Assembly: GCA_965209055.1 (NCBI GenBank)
Contig: OZ242374.1
Coordinates: 3,648,001-3,712,000 of the forward strand
Origin: Acidobacteriota bacterium
Lineage (GTDB): Bacteria; Acidobacteriota; UBA6911; RPQK01; JAJDTT01
Direction of reading: 5' to 3'
Length of the DNA stretch: 64,000 nucleotides
Shown in pieces: positions 19,038 through 29,555 of this stretch (position 1 is its first letter; each line of letters opens with the position of its first letter). A program made the position numbers and the translations under genes. The notes under the pieces were generated by a model. It saw only the letters and a program-made list of their open reading frames with translations. It did not search any database and was not told where the DNA came from.

Positions 19038-20227
19038 GGAAGGTCTGATTAAGTCCTCATATGGGGCGAAACAGACCTTGTATCCCTCCCTTTTTCGGAT
19101 CCAGACGCTCTAACCTGGGATTTGCAACCCTGAATTGGTCTTGACCAAGCGATTGCGAGACGGTTTCCCCAGCCTCAAACACAGCCGTGCCGCATTCCGA
19201 TCAGGCGGTCACACCGGAGCGCTCGGCGATCATCAGATTGGCGAATCCCACCAGCAGATAGATCCGTTGGGTGTTTTTCGCCAGCCCGCGGTAGCGCACC
19301 TTGGCGTAGCCGAAATGCCGTTTCAGGTACCCGAACACATGTTCTGCCTTCGCCCGTACCGATGCCTTACGCCGCTCGGCCAACGCCGCCTCACTCTCCG
19401 GCGACAGCTGCCAACGCTTCCCGGGCTTCATCATCACCTGCCAATCCACCGGCCGATCTCGATTCTCCGACCGCTTCTGCACTCCCTGGTATCCGGAATC
19501 CCCCCAAACTTGCGACTCCGAGCCGTGCAGCAATTCGGAGGCCCGCGTCACGTCATGCTCGTTGGCCGGAGCCGTCACCACCGTGTGCGCCACCCCCGTC
19601 TGGGCGTCCACCCCCAGGTGGGCCTTCATTCCGAAATACCACTGTTTTCCCTTTTTCGTCTGGTGCATCTCCGGATCCCGCGCCCGATCCTTGTTTTTCG
19701 TCGAGGAAGGCGCCGCCAGGATACTCGCGTCCACGATCGTCCCCCGGCTCAGCCGCAGGCCTTGACGCTGCAGGTGAGAACCGATCTCCTCGAACAGCGC
19801 CTCCCCCAGACCATGCTCCTCCAGCCGATGACGGAACTTCAGAATCGTCGTCTCGTCCGGCAGCGGCCCTGTGAGCTTCAGACCCACGAACCGCCGCACC
19901 GACTCCACCTCGTAAAGCAGATCCTCCATCCCCGGATCGCTCAGGTTGTAAAACAACTGCACGCAGTGGATCCGCAGCATCGCCGAGAGCGGGTAGGGAC
20001 GCCGGCCCCGTCCCGCTTTCGGGTAAAACGGCTCAATCCGGGCTTCCAACTGCTCCCACGGAATCAACCCGTCCATGCGGACCAGAAACTTCTCCCGACG
20101 GGTCACCCGCTTCTTGGCGTCGTATTCCAGATCTGCGAACGTCCGTTGCGACATCGTCTTTCCCCCCACGCAGTGATGATGAAGGGATTATCGTGCAGAA
20201 CGCTGACTCGACTTAATCAGACCTTCC
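19038..20227 (-). mobile_element. IS5-family insertion sequence
   Basis: Perfect 18-bp terminal IRs GGAAGGTCTGATTAAGTC / GACTTAATCAGACCTTCC; flanks CTAA and CTAG. Confidence 0.93.
19201..20169 (-). CDS. IS5-family DDE transposase
   Basis: TIVDAS, WYFGMKAH, WGDSGY, RAKAEHVF, YRGLAKN. Confidence 0.95.
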   Translation of the reverse strand: MGGKTMSQRTFADLEYDAKKRVTRREKFLVRMDGLIPWEQLEARIEPFYPKAGRGRRPYPLSAMLRIHCVQLFYNLSDPGMEDLLYEVESVRRFVGLKLTGPLPDETTILKFRHRLEEHGLGEALFEEIGSHLQRQGLRLSRGTIVDASILAAPSSTKNKDRARDPEMHQTKKGKQWYFGMKAHLGVDAQTGVAHTVVTAPANEHDVTRASELLHGSESQVWGDSGYQGVQKRSENRDRPVDWQVMMKPGKRWQLSPESEAALAERRKASVRAKAEHVFGYLKRHFGYAKVRYRGLAKNTQRIYLLVGFANLMIAERSGVTA

Positions 20228-20590
20228 CTAGATCGCCAATGGAACAATCTTCGAGCCCTGTATGGTCCGGTCCCGGGTGAGGAGCGGTACGTTGTGGACG
20301 ATGCTGGTGGCGGCAATGAGCTCGTCCGCCGGATCGCCCTTGAAATCGAGGCGGGTTGACGTGACTGCGACGGCTAGATCGATCGGCCATACCTGCACAC
20401 GGTTCAATGCGCGCACCACTTCGCGATCATTCAGGTCAATATCCACCCGGCCCAGTTGAACCAGTTTGGCCAACTCCCATAGCACGATGGCGGATACAGA
20501 CCACCTGTTGCGTTTCAGCAGAGTCTGCTCGGACGGACGGAGTTCACCAGCGAGGGCACGGACAAGGATGTGCGTATCAAGATTGAGCAT
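20228..20590 (-). CDS. vapC: VapC PIN-domain toxin
   Basis: LNLDTHIL...SAIVLWE...DPADELIAAT...LLTRD. Confidence 0.88.
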   Translation of the reverse strand: MLNLDTHILVRALAGELRPSEQTLLKRNRWSVSAIVLWELAKLVQLGRVDIDLNDREVVRALNRVQVWPIDLAVAVTSTRLDFKGDPADELIAATSIVHNVPLLTRDRTIQGSKIVPLAI

Positions 20591-20801
20591 CGGCATCCCA
20601 GCGGAGACCGGTCGTCAGGAGGTCGCCCCGTATCTCGATCTTGTGTTCAAGGCTGCCGATCAGGTTGCCGCATTCCTGATCATAGGGAAGGACACGCGCG
20701 ACCGGTTTGCCATGCTTGGTCACGATCAAGCCCTCCGCATCCAGTCGCTCCAACAGGGCCAAGCATTGTTCCTTGAACTTTGCTGCTCCAATTGTCTTCA
20801 T
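20577..20801 (-). CDS. Phd/YefM-family antitoxin paired with VapC
   Basis: MKTIGAAKFKEQCLALLE...VTKHGKPVA. Confidence 0.88.
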   Translation of the reverse strand: MKTIGAAKFKEQCLALLERLDAEGLIVTKHGKPVARVLPYDQECGNLIGSLEHKIEIRGDLLTTGLRWDADAQS

Positions 20802-20962
20802 CGTTCAGCTCCCCGCATAGTGGACATATATTATAACCAGTCATAATAAATGTCTACTTTTCGACTTGCCTTCCATGGCTCGAATCGCGGGGAATCTGCT
20901 AGACTGACGCTCGCCGGACGCCCCGGCCCTGGCCGGCGGCGTTTCTCCGGTCTTCCAGCCGT

Positions 20963-21035
20963 GGGCCGTTAGCTCAGTCGGTAGAGCATCTGCCTTTTAA
21001 GCAGAGGGTCGCTGGTTCGATCCCAGCACGGCCCA
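20963..21035 (+). tRNA. tRNA-Lys (anticodon TTT), CCA not encoded
   Basis: GGGCCGT/ACGGCCC-A, TAGCTCAGTCGGTAGAGC, TCTGC-CTTTTAA-GCAGA, GGTTCGATCC. Confidence 0.95.
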
Positions 21036-21099
21036 CCCCCGTTTCCGAGAGAAGAAGAGGAAAGCCCTCCCGCCGGTCGCCGGGTCCGCCTTGGTGCTT

Positions 21100-21159
21100 G
21101 AGCGGGGGACACGAGTGTCCTCTCTACTATTCAAGAGGGGGACTGACAGTCCCCCCTCC
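21100..21159. repeat. REP-like palindrome doublet
   Basis: GAGCGGGGGACACGAGTGTCCTCTCT and AGAGGGGGACTGACAGTCCCCCCTCC in inverted arrangement. Confidence 0.55.
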
Positions 21160-21903
21160 CAGGGCTTCGAGGATCAGAACCTCCACCCTGTTCCAGACCT
21201 CGGGATCGCGGTCCATTTTGGCGTGGGCGATTCGGGCCAGGGTCTTGTACCAGGGGAGATCGGACACGTCGATGGGACTCTCCGCGTAGTCGAAGCGGAA
21301 ATTGCCGATAATCTCGGTGCGGCTCGGATCCACAGCCCGAATCGGCGCCTCCCCCCGGATCAGGCGTCCGTTGTCCTGGTAGATGTTGGCCGCGGCGCGG
21401 ACATTGGGAGGAATCATGCCGTCTCCGCGGCCGACGCTGTCCACTTGGACGGTGAGTAGGATCGGCACATTCAGCGCGTCGAGCTGGCGGGCGAACTTGA
21501 CGACGGCGGCTCCTCCGAAGCTCTGTCCGTAAACCACGATACGCGCCTGAAGGCGCTCGGCGGACTGGAGCCGGCCGTCGCGGTTCGCATCCAATGCGGC
21601 GCGGACCAGACGAAGGGCCAGATCCCGCTTCCGGTTCTCGACGGTCTCGATGTGTACTCCCGCAAGGCGTCGGTCACGTAGCCGCTGGGAGATGCGGCCC
21701 ACGCCGACCTCGGTGTTTTTCCAGGAGTCGCGGCCGCCCATGAAACCCAGAATCAGGGTGTCGCCCTGCTTGATGGGAGTGGTTGTGGCGAAGTGGCCAT
21801 ACTGTTGGCCGGAGCGCAGGATGCAGGATGCTGCCGTGGTGGCGGCCAGGAACAGGATTAGGAAGAGCCGGAAAAGCAAGGATCGGGTCATGCCTGACAT
21901 CAC
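21127..21903 (-). CDS. Hypothetical exported alpha/beta-hydrolase-like protein
   Basis: Hydrophobic N-terminus; VVYGQSFGG nucleophile-elbow-like motif. Confidence 0.6.
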   Translation of the reverse strand: MMSGMTRSLLFRLFLILFLAATTAASCILRSGQQYGHFATTTPIKQGDTLILGFMGGRDSWKNTEVGVGRISQRLRDRRLAGVHIETVENRKRDLALRLVRAALDANRDGRLQSAERLQARIVVYGQSFGGAAVVKFARQLDALNVPILLTVQVDSVGRGDGMIPPNVRAAANIYQDNGRLIRGEAPIRAVDPSRTEIIGNFRFDYAESPIDVSDLPWYKTLARIAHAKMDRDPEVWNRVEVLILEALGGGTVSPPLE

Positions 21904-23138
21904 ACGTCCGGAGCCTTGGGCTTGATTTGAAGGTGGACCTGGGACGCCAGTCCCTGCTTGACCTCCAGCACGCGGGCCGTGACCTGTTCCAGCTCCAGCA
22001 CGTCGCCTCTTGCAGGCAGGCGCCCCAGATGGCTCACGATCAGGCCGGAGAGGGTGTCGACATGCGGAGCCTCCAGTTCCAGCTCCAGCTCCTGGTTGAG
22101 CCAGCCCAGAGAGATCTGACCCCGGACCCGGAATCGATCCTGGCCATCGGCCACAATGTCCGGCGCCTCCTGGTCGAACTCGTCCTGAACCGCTCCCACC
22201 AGTTCCTCCAGCACGTTCTCCAGGGTGATGACCCCCACCGCGGTCCCATGTTCGTCCACCACCAGGGCCATGTGGAGGCGTTCGGCCTGCATGCGCCGCA
22301 ACAGCTTGCTCAAGGGCAGGGTTTCCGGGATCGCCGGGAAGGATCGGGCCAGGGAGACCAGGTCCGGGCTCTGATCCCGGGGAACATTGAGGAGATCTTT
22401 GACGTGGATCAGGCCCATGGCGTCATCCAGTGAGGTCCCGCAAAGGGGATAGCGGGAGTGCCGCGTCTGGCGCGCCAGCGCCAGGGCTTCGTCCAGATGA
22501 TCGTCCATCCTCAGAAAGGCGACCTCGCGGCGCGGCACCATGGCTTGGCGGCAGACCATCTCGTCGAAGCGGAAGACGGAGTTCAACAGTTGCAGCTCGG
22601 TGGGGCTCAACTCTCCCGAACGGGCGCCCAACCGGATCATGGAGAGAATCTCCCCCTCGGTCGGCTGGCCCGCCGGGGCCCGGCGGGTCAGCAGCCGGGT
22701 CAGCCCCTCCAGAGACCGGATGACCGGGTAGAAGAGCTTCTCCATGCCCGCCAACGGCCAGACGATGAAGGGCCAGAGCCGGCGCCAATGAACGGCGCCG
22801 TAGGTCTTGGGCAGGATTTCCGACAACAGCAGAATTCCCAGGGTCAGGCCTCCTGAAAAGACCGGGACCCAGGACACCCCCAGGACCTGGGCGGCGTACA
22901 TTCCGGCGATGGTGGCTCCGCCCGTATTGGCGAGGGTGTTCAGGATCAGGATGGCCGAGGTGGGGCGGGCGATGGACGTCTTCATGGTCAGGAAGCGCCG
23001 CGCCAAGTGGCGTCTCCGGCCTTTGGCCCGGGCCGCCTCGAGGCTGGGGACCGTCGTCGAGTACAGAGTCGCCTCGAAGAGCGAGCACAATCCCGAAATA
23101 ATCAATGTGAGCGCGGCCACCGTGAGCAAGGTGCCCAT
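21900..23138 (-). CDS. Hemolysin/CNNM family protein (DUF21-CBS-CorC)
   Basis: CSLFEA, EILPKT, MVPRRE, HSRYP, VVDEHG...LENVLEELVG. Confidence 0.92.
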   Translation of the reverse strand: MGTLLTVAALTLIISGLCSLFEATLYSTTVPSLEAARAKGRRRHLARRFLTMKTSIARPTSAILILNTLANTGGATIAGMYAAQVLGVSWVPVFSGGLTLGILLLSEILPKTYGAVHWRRLWPFIVWPLAGMEKLFYPVIRSLEGLTRLLTRRAPAGQPTEGEILSMIRLGARSGELSPTELQLLNSVFRFDEMVCRQAMVPRREVAFLRMDDHLDEALALARQTRHSRYPLCGTSLDDAMGLIHVKDLLNVPRDQSPDLVSLARSFPAIPETLPLSKLLRRMQAERLHMALVVDEHGTAVGVITLENVLEELVGAVQDEFDQEAPDIVADGQDRFRVRGQISLGWLNQELELELEAPHVDTLSGLIVSHLGRLPARGDVLELEQVTARVLEVKQGLASQVHLQIKPKAPDV

Positions 23139-23172
23139 GCCGTAACTCCTTTCTGCGGAGATGAATAGCGGG

Positions 23173-24645
23173 TCAGGAGAGGATCGGTTTCACCAGGTGA
23201 CCATGCACGTCGGTGAGCCTGAAGTCCCGGCCCTGGTACTTGTAGGTCAAGCGGGTGTGGTCGATTCCCAGGCAGTGAAGGATGGTGGCCTGGAGATCAT
23301 GGATGTGGACCGGGTCCCGGGTGATGTTGTAGCTGAAGTCGTCGGTCTCTCCATGGACGATTCCCGGCTGGATGCCCCCTCCGGCCAACCAGATGGTGAA
23401 GCAACGGGGATGATGGTCCCGCCCGTAGTCGTCCTCGGTGAGACGCCCCTGGGAGTAGACCGTTCGTCCGAACTCTCCTCCCCAGATCACCAGGGTGTCC
23501 TCCAGAAGCCCTCGCTCCTTGAGGTCCTGAACCAGGGCGGCCGACGGTTGGTCCGTATCGTAGCACTGGCCCCGGATCTGCTTGGGAAGGCGGTTGTGCT
23601 GATCCCAGCCCCGGTGAAAGAGTTGGATGAACCGTACGCCTCGCTGGGCCAAGCGCCGCGCCAGCAGGCAGTTGGCCGCGAAGGTGCCCGGCTTCCGGGA
23701 CTCGGGGCCGTACAGTTCGAAGATCCGCTCCGGCTCGTCCGAGAGATCGGTCAGATCCGGGACCGACGCCTGCATCCGGTAGGCCATCTCGTACTGAGAG
23801 ATCCGCGTGTTGATCTCGGGGTCGTGGTACTCCCGGGCCTTGAGCTCGTTGAGGCGGCCCAGATCGTCCAGAAAACGCCGACGGCTGGCCCGATTCAAAC
23901 CTGGTGGATTCGAGAGGTACAGGACCGGGTCTCCCACCGACCGGAACTTCACTCCCTGGTAGCGCGTCGGGAGGAAACCGCTGCCCCAGAGCCGGTCGTA
24001 AAGAGGCTGACCGCCGGGTGCGCCCGTTCCCATGGAGACCATGACCACGAATGACGGCAGGTCCTCGGTGTCGCTGCCCAGACCGTAGGAGATCCAGGAG
24101 CCGATGCTGGGCCGGCCGGCCAACTGGGCTCCGGTCTGGAAGAAGGTGACCGCCGGATCGTGATTGATGGCTTCCGTGTGCATCGATTTCACGAAACTGA
24201 TGTCGTCGGCGATCCCGGCCGTATGGGGCATGAGTTCGCTGACCCAAGCACCAGACGGGCCGTGCTGGCCGAACTTGAACAGCGTGGGAGCCACCGGGAA
24301 GCTGGACTGGGTGGCCGTCATGCCGGTCAGGCGCTGCCCTTTGCGGATGGAGTCGGGAAGCTCCGTTCCTCGCAGGTCCTGCAGTGCCGGCTTGTAGTCG
24401 AAAAGCTCCATTTGCGACGGGGCCCCCGATTGAAACAGGTAGATCACCCGTTTGGCGGTGGGGGCGTAATGGGGAAGGCCGGGCAACCCGCCGGCCGTGT
24501 CTTCCGTGGAGGCTCTTCCCAGGGCCGCAGCGCCCAGGTCACGGTTCAGGAGCGTCGCCAGAGCCGCCGTCCCGATGCCTGTGCTCCCCAGCCCGAAGAA
24601 GTGACGCCGGGTCAGGAGCAGACCCATTTCAGGTCGTGGATCCAT
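23173..24645 (-). CDS. DUF1501 family protein
   Basis: Tat-like TRRHFF; [33 protein letters not shown]. Confidence 0.92.
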   Translation of the reverse strand: MDPRPEMGLLLTRRHFFGLGSTGIGTAALATLLNRDLGAAALGRASTEDTAGGLPGLPHYAPTAKRVIYLFQSGAPSQMELFDYKPALQDLRGTELPDSIRKGQRLTGMTATQSSFPVAPTLFKFGQHGPSGAWVSELMPHTAGIADDISFVKSMHTEAINHDPAVTFFQTGAQLAGRPSIGSWISYGLGSDTEDLPSFVVMVSMGTGAPGGQPLYDRLWGSGFLPTRYQGVKFRSVGDPVLYLSNPPGLNRASRRRFLDDLGRLNELKAREYHDPEINTRISQYEMAYRMQASVPDLTDLSDEPERIFELYGPESRKPGTFAANCLLARRLAQRGVRFIQLFHRGWDQHNRLPKQIRGQCYDTDQPSAALVQDLKERGLLEDTLVIWGGEFGRTVYSQGRLTEDDYGRDHHPRCFTIWLAGGGIQPGIVHGETDDFSYNITRDPVHIHDLQATILHCLGIDHTRLTYKYQGRDFRLTDVHGHLVKPILS

Positions 24646-24648
24646 TTC

Positions 24649-27600
24649 TTATTCCTTGGAGATGGTCTCGTCCAGGTTCAGGATCAGACTGGCCACCGTC
24701 GTGTATGAGGCCAGCTCCGCCAAGTCCAACTCCGGATTTCGGGCTCTCTCTCCCTGGCTCACCAATTGGAGCGCCGCCTTTCGATCCTCTTCGTAATTTG
24801 ACAGATGATGGCGATAGCTCTCCAGGAGGATCGCCTCTCTCCGGGCGTCGGGTCGCCGGCCCGTGGCCAGCCGGTAGGCGAATCCGATCCGTTCCTCGGG
24901 CGAGGCGCCCCCCTCCAGCATCATCCGCTGAGCCAGAAAGCGGGCGGCCTCCACGTAGGTCACGTCGTTCATCAGGTTCAAGGCCTGCAGCGGCGTGTTG
25001 GTCCGTGTCTCCAGCACCTCGCACGCCTCTCTGCCCGACGAATCGAACGTGAGCATGAAGGGAGGAGCGATCGTGCGCTTCCAGTAGGTGTAGAGGCTTC
25101 TCCGATAGAGGTCCTCACCTTCACTCTGGTTGTAGAACTGTCCGCTGGTGAGCTCTTCCCACAGCCCGTCCGGCTGATACGGCTTCACGGACGGACCTCC
25201 ATTTCTTTCCACCATCAGGCCGGACAGGAACAAAGCCTGGTCCCGAATCACTTCGGCCGGCAGGCGGAAGCGCGGGCCCCGGGCCAGCAGGCGATTCTGG
25301 GGGTCCTGCGACCGGAGTTCCGGAGCGGACTGGGAAGACTGCCGATAAGTGGCGCTCAAGACGATGGCCCGTTGGAACGCCTTCACGTCCCAGCCTGAAT
25401 CCATGAACTCGGTGGCCAGCCAGTCCAGCAGGAGGGGATGGGTGGGCCACTCTCCCTGGGAGCCGAAATTCTCCGCCGTCCGGACCAGGCCCTGCCCAAA
25501 AAACATCTGCCAGAAACGGTTGACGGTGACGCGGGACGTCAATGGGTTGGCCGGGTCCACCAGCCAGCGGGCGAATTCCAGCCGATTGGCGGGCGCGCCG
25601 TTCCCGAGTCCCGAGAACAGGGCGGGGACGGCGGGACCGACCTTCTCCGTCGGGCTGTCGTAGGCTCCCCGGTCCAGGATGAAGGTCTCTCTGGGGTTGG
25701 TGCGCTCCTGCATCACCATGACGGTGGGAAAGCTCTGGACCAGCCGCTTTCGATCGGCCGCCAAGTCCAGGACCCTCCGCCAACTGTCCCGCATTTCCAC
25801 CGGTGCGTACTGGTCCAAAAAGCCGAGTCGCAGCTTTTCGATCTGCCCCGGAGTCCTTTCGCCCCGCGGGATCCTGGCGATCTGGTCCAAGCTCCGGCTG
25901 GTGGCAAGGACGGCGACGCGCTCCGGAGGAAGGACGCCACGGTAGATTCGAACGTCGTCGATCTGACCCCGGAACCGTTCCTCGGGACCGGCCGCGCCGA
26001 TCCGCAACGGATCCTTGACGTAGAAGTTCTGGTTCATGAAGTCCAGCAGGACCCGGATCGGCGCCGGCCTGCCGTCGATGTAGATCCGGATGCCCCCGGC
26101 CTGGAACGAGGCGTCGTAGGTCGCGGCCACATGGCGCCATTCGCCGGGCTTCAGCGCCTCGACGGTCTCGACGCGCAGGGCGTCATCCAGCCAGCGCACG
26201 ATCAGGTTCAACTGGAGCTTCCCGTCGCGCAAAAAGAGTCCGTAGCCGCGGGAGCCATGACCCTCTCCCTCGAACTCGGTCTGGGTCTTGGAGAGAATGG
26301 CGCCCTCGGTGGTCTCGGGCCGGACCCATGCCGCCAGGGTGAAGCGGTCGGTGACGCCGAAGGCGGCCACCGTGCCGGCGTCTACGTATCTCTTGTCGTC
26401 GAAGCTGGCCGCCGTCCCCATGGGACCCGGAACGAAGTGGGGCACTCCGTCCAGGAGACGGGCGACGGGCGGCTCCGCTCCCGGCGTCTCGGCCGTCAGG
26501 TGGCCGTCCAGGGAGTAGGCGACTTCCAGATCGTCGCGCAGAGTCCAGTTCACCAGGCTCGAGTTCGCGAGCGCTTCTTCCCACGATTTCTGGAGCCGGT
26601 CCAGTTCGGGTCCCTGCTCTTCGAATTTCTCTTTCGCCTCGGCCAGCTCCGCCTCCAACTCCTTCAACCGGCGCTGCTGAGCGTCCGTCGGCGCCGGGAT
26701 GTAAGGGGGAGAGTTCCCGTACTTGAGCGCGCGCCCTTTCTCCGGGATGTTGTTGAAGTAGGCGAACATCTCGTAGAACTCGCGCTGCGAAAGCGGGTCG
26801 TACTTGTGATCGTGACACCGGGCGCAGCCCATGGTCAGCCCCAACCAGACGGTGGAGGTGGTTTCAACGCGATCCACCACGTATTCCACCCGGTATTCCT
26901 CGGGAATGATTCCGCCCTCGCCGTTGCCCCGGTGGTTGCGATTGAAGGCGCTGGCGATCCGCTGACCCAGTGTGGCGTCCGGCAGCATGTCGCCTGCGAT
27001 CTGCTCGACGGTGAACTCGTCGAAGGGGAGGTTCCGGTTGAAGGCCTCGATCACCCAGTCGCGCCAGGGCCACATGGTGCGCTCGGCGTCGGTCTGGTAG
27101 CCGTTGGTGTCGGCGTAGCGGGCGGCGTCCAGCCAACGAATGGCCATGCGCTCGCCGTAGCGGGTCGAGTGGAGCAACCGGTCGACCGCCCGCTCGTAGG
27201 CGCCGTCGGTGGGGTCTTCCAAAAAGCGGTCCATGGCTTCCGGCTCAGGTGGAAAGCCGGTCAGGTCCAGCGAGACCCGGCGAAGCAGCGTGGCCGGATC
27301 GGCTTCGGGAGACGGCTTCAACCCGGCCGCATCCAGACGGGCCAGAACGAATCGGTCGATGGGATTCCGGACCCAGTCCGGGTCGCTGACACTCGGCGGT
27401 TCCGGCCGTCCGGGGGGATGGAACGACCAGTGGCTCTGCCACTCGGCCCCCTGCTCGATCCAGCTTCGCAGCAGATCTCTTTCCTGATCCGAGAGGGTTT
27501 TCCCCGAGTAGCTGGGGGGCATTCGGGTGACGCTGTCCGCGGAGTTCACCCGGCCGATGAGGCCGCTTCCTTCCGGGTCTCCCGGAACGATGGCGTAGCG

Positions 27601-27873
27601 CCCGCCCAGATCGGCCAGAGCGCCATCCCGCGTGTCCAGGCGCAACGGACTCATGCGCTTGTTTTCGTCCGGCCCGTGACAGGCGAAGCACTTGTCCGAA
27701 AGTATCGGCCGGATGTCCCGGCTGAACTCGACTGTCGGATCCGGACGCCTCGCGGTCGAGCCTTCCGCCGCGGAAGCCCAAATGATCGCCAAGGCTATGA
27801 CAAGTGGAATTGCGGATCTGGTAAACGCCATCGTCTTATCTGCCCGTGCCGAGCAACCGTGTGGATTCGCCAC
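24649..27873 (-). CDS. Planctomycete cytochrome c + DUF1549 + LamG + DUF1553 protein (start may be 27831)
   Basis: IRPILSDKCFACHGPD, WLDAARYADT, CARCHDHKYDP, LamG-like WRHVAATYD...GQIDDVRIY, TNTPLQAL. Confidence 0.9.
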   Translation of the reverse strand: MANPHGCSARADKTMAFTRSAIPLVIALAIIWASAAEGSTARRPDPTVEFSRDIRPILSDKCFACHGPDENKRMSPLRLDTRDGALADLGGRYAIVPGDPEGSGLIGRVNSADSVTRMPPSYSGKTLSDQERDLLRSWIEQGAEWQSHWSFHPPGRPEPPSVSDPDWVRNPIDRFVLARLDAAGLKPSPEADPATLLRRVSLDLTGFPPEPEAMDRFLEDPTDGAYERAVDRLLHSTRYGERMAIRWLDAARYADTNGYQTDAERTMWPWRDWVIEAFNRNLPFDEFTVEQIAGDMLPDATLGQRIASAFNRNHRGNGEGGIIPEEYRVEYVVDRVETTSTVWLGLTMGCARCHDHKYDPLSQREFYEMFAYFNNIPEKGRALKYGNSPPYIPAPTDAQQRRLKELEAELAEAKEKFEEQGPELDRLQKSWEEALANSSLVNWTLRDDLEVAYSLDGHLTAETPGAEPPVARLLDGVPHFVPGPMGTAASFDDKRYVDAGTVAAFGVTDRFTLAAWVRPETTEGAILSKTQTEFEGEGHGSRGYGLFLRDGKLQLNLIVRWLDDALRVETVEALKPGEWRHVAATYDASFQAGGIRIYIDGRPAPIRVLLDFMNQNFYVKDPLRIGAAGPEERFRGQIDDVRIYRGVLPPERVAVLATSRSLDQIARIPRGERTPGQIEKLRLGFLDQYAPVEMRDSWRRVLDLAADRKRLVQSFPTVMVMQERTNPRETFILDRGAYDSPTEKVGPAVPALFSGLGNGAPANRLEFARWLVDPANPLTSRVTVNRFWQMFFGQGLVRTAENFGSQGEWPTHPLLLDWLATEFMDSGWDVKAFQRAIVLSATYRQSSQSAPELRSQDPQNRLLARGPRFRLPAEVIRDQALFLSGLMVERNGGPSVKPYQPDGLWEELTSGQFYNQSEGEDLYRRSLYTYWKRTIAPPFMLTFDSSGREACEVLETRTNTPLQALNLMNDVTYVEAARFLAQRMMLEGGASPEERIGFAYRLATGRRPDARREAILLESYRHHLSNYEEDRKAALQLVSQGERARNPELDLAELASYTTVASLILNLDETISKE

Positions 27874-28061
27874 GTCCTCCTGGACGAATTAGAATCAAGA
27901 ATACGCCCGCCGGGGCTTTTTTCGCAAGACCGGTATGCTAACCGATACCTCCGAAAAAGCCGCCGTGATTCACGTTTCTGCGAAGCAAGGGGTCACCCTG
28001 GGACGGGGGAATTCTTGTCTCCGGCCCGGAACCGCGGCTGACAAACCCCCGTTCCTGCCGC

Positions 28062-29324
28062 TCAGGGATAGATTCCCCGAAGCTGGGTGGCCCGGGCCAC
28101 CCGCTGGATGGCCAGGACATAGGCGGCCTGCCGGTGGTTGATCTGCGGACCGTGAAGACTTTGGAGCCGGCGCAGCTCGGCCGAAACGTCGCGGTAGGCG
28201 GCCGTCATGACCCGCTTCAGTTCACGGTAGACCCGGTCCTCGTCCCAGAAAAAGGAGCCCAGGTCCTGCACCCATTCAAAGTACGACACGGTCACGCCGC
28301 CGGCGTTGGCCAGTACGTCCGGGAGCACCGTTACGCCCCGTTCGTTCAGAATCCGGTCCGCCTCGGGAGTCGTGGGGCCGTTGGCGGCCTCGACCACGAT
28401 GCGGGCCTGAATCCGGTCGGCGTTGGCCTCGGTGATCTGGTCCTCGACGGCCGCCGGAATCAATATGTCGCAGGGTTGTTCCAGGAGCTGCTTCGGATCC
28501 ACCCGGTCCCCGTCCGGATATTCGGCCGCCGTCGTATTTTTCTCTTTGAGCCGCATCAGCCGGGCCACGTCCAGCCCGTTCGAGTTGTAGACGCCTCCGC
28601 GGGAGTCGCAAACAGCCACGATCCGGGCGCCGGCCCGGGCGAAGAGGGAAGCGGCGAAGCTGCCGGCGTTTCCGAATCCCTGAATGGCAACGGTCTTGCC
28701 CTCCAGCGTCTCCCCGCGCTCCTTGAGCGCTTCTTCGGCGACGTAGAGGCATCCCCGCGACGTGGCGTCCAGACGTCCCAGGGAGCCGCCGATCTCGATG
28801 GGCTTGCCCGTGACCACGCCCGTGTCCGAGAAACCGCTCCGCATGGAGAGCGTGTCCATGAACCAGGCCATGATCTGGGGATTGGTGTTGACGTCGGGAG
28901 CCGGAATGTCCTTCTCCCGGCCCACGATGATGGAGATCTCGGAAGCATACCGGCGGGTCAGGTTCTCCAACTCTCCCAGGCTCATGTGGTGCGGGTCGCA
29001 GATGACGCCCCCCTTGGCCCCGCCGTACGGAATCCGCACCACGGCCGTCTTCCACGTCATCCACATGGCCAGGGCCCTCACCTCGTCGAGGGTCACCTCC
29101 GGTGAATAACGAATGCCGCCCTTGGTGGGTCCCCGGGCCTGATTGTGTTGAACCCGGTAGCCTTCGAAGACCCGGATGGAACCATCGTCCATGCAGACCG
29201 GAAACCGGACGGTCAGGTCGCGGTTGCAATGGCTCAGGATCTCCTTCAGATCGTCGTCCAGATCGGTCAGCTCGGCCGCTTCGAAGAATTGCTGACGCGC
29301 CACATCCCAGATGGTTCTTTCCAT
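28062..29324 (-). CDS. gdhA: Glu/Leu/Phe/Val dehydrogenase (glutamate dehydrogenase)
   Basis: GPTKGGIRY, GGAKGG, DIPAPDV, QGFGNAG, ANAGGVTVSYFEW. Confidence 0.93.
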   Translation of the reverse strand: MERTIWDVARQQFFEAAELTDLDDDLKEILSHCNRDLTVRFPVCMDDGSIRVFEGYRVQHNQARGPTKGGIRYSPEVTLDEVRALAMWMTWKTAVVRIPYGGAKGGVICDPHHMSLGELENLTRRYASEISIIVGREKDIPAPDVNTNPQIMAWFMDTLSMRSGFSDTGVVTGKPIEIGGSLGRLDATSRGCLYVAEEALKERGETLEGKTVAIQGFGNAGSFAASLFARAGARIVAVCDSRGGVYNSNGLDVARLMRLKEKNTTAAEYPDGDRVDPKQLLEQPCDILIPAAVEDQITEANADRIQARIVVEAANGPTTPEADRILNERGVTVLPDVLANAGGVTVSYFEWVQDLGSFFWDEDRVYRELKRVMTAAYRDVSAELRRLQSLHGPQINHRQAAYVLAIQRVARATQLRGIYP

Positions 29325-29555
29325 GGTGCTCCGTTGCCTCCTGTTCCGGTCTGGATCTCTCACCGCGTCGTTGAGCGTTTCACGAGACAGTTCTCATCGT
29401 CAGGCTTTTCAATTCATTCTATTGAAGTTTCCCGGACTCTGGCGGTGCCGGGCGGGTCTTCGCAGGAGTGCGCATCCATAAACCGTGCGTTCCCGGTTTC
29501 GACCGGGAGCGCGCCGCGCAGCGGGATCAACTCGCCCGCGGTTGAGGCACGCCGA

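Noticed and set aside
25438-28041. Long antisense ORFs (also 4981..6567, 35578..37395, 48194..49759, 60491..62110 and others)
   Set aside because: Shadow ORFs opposite well-supported genes in high-GC DNA.
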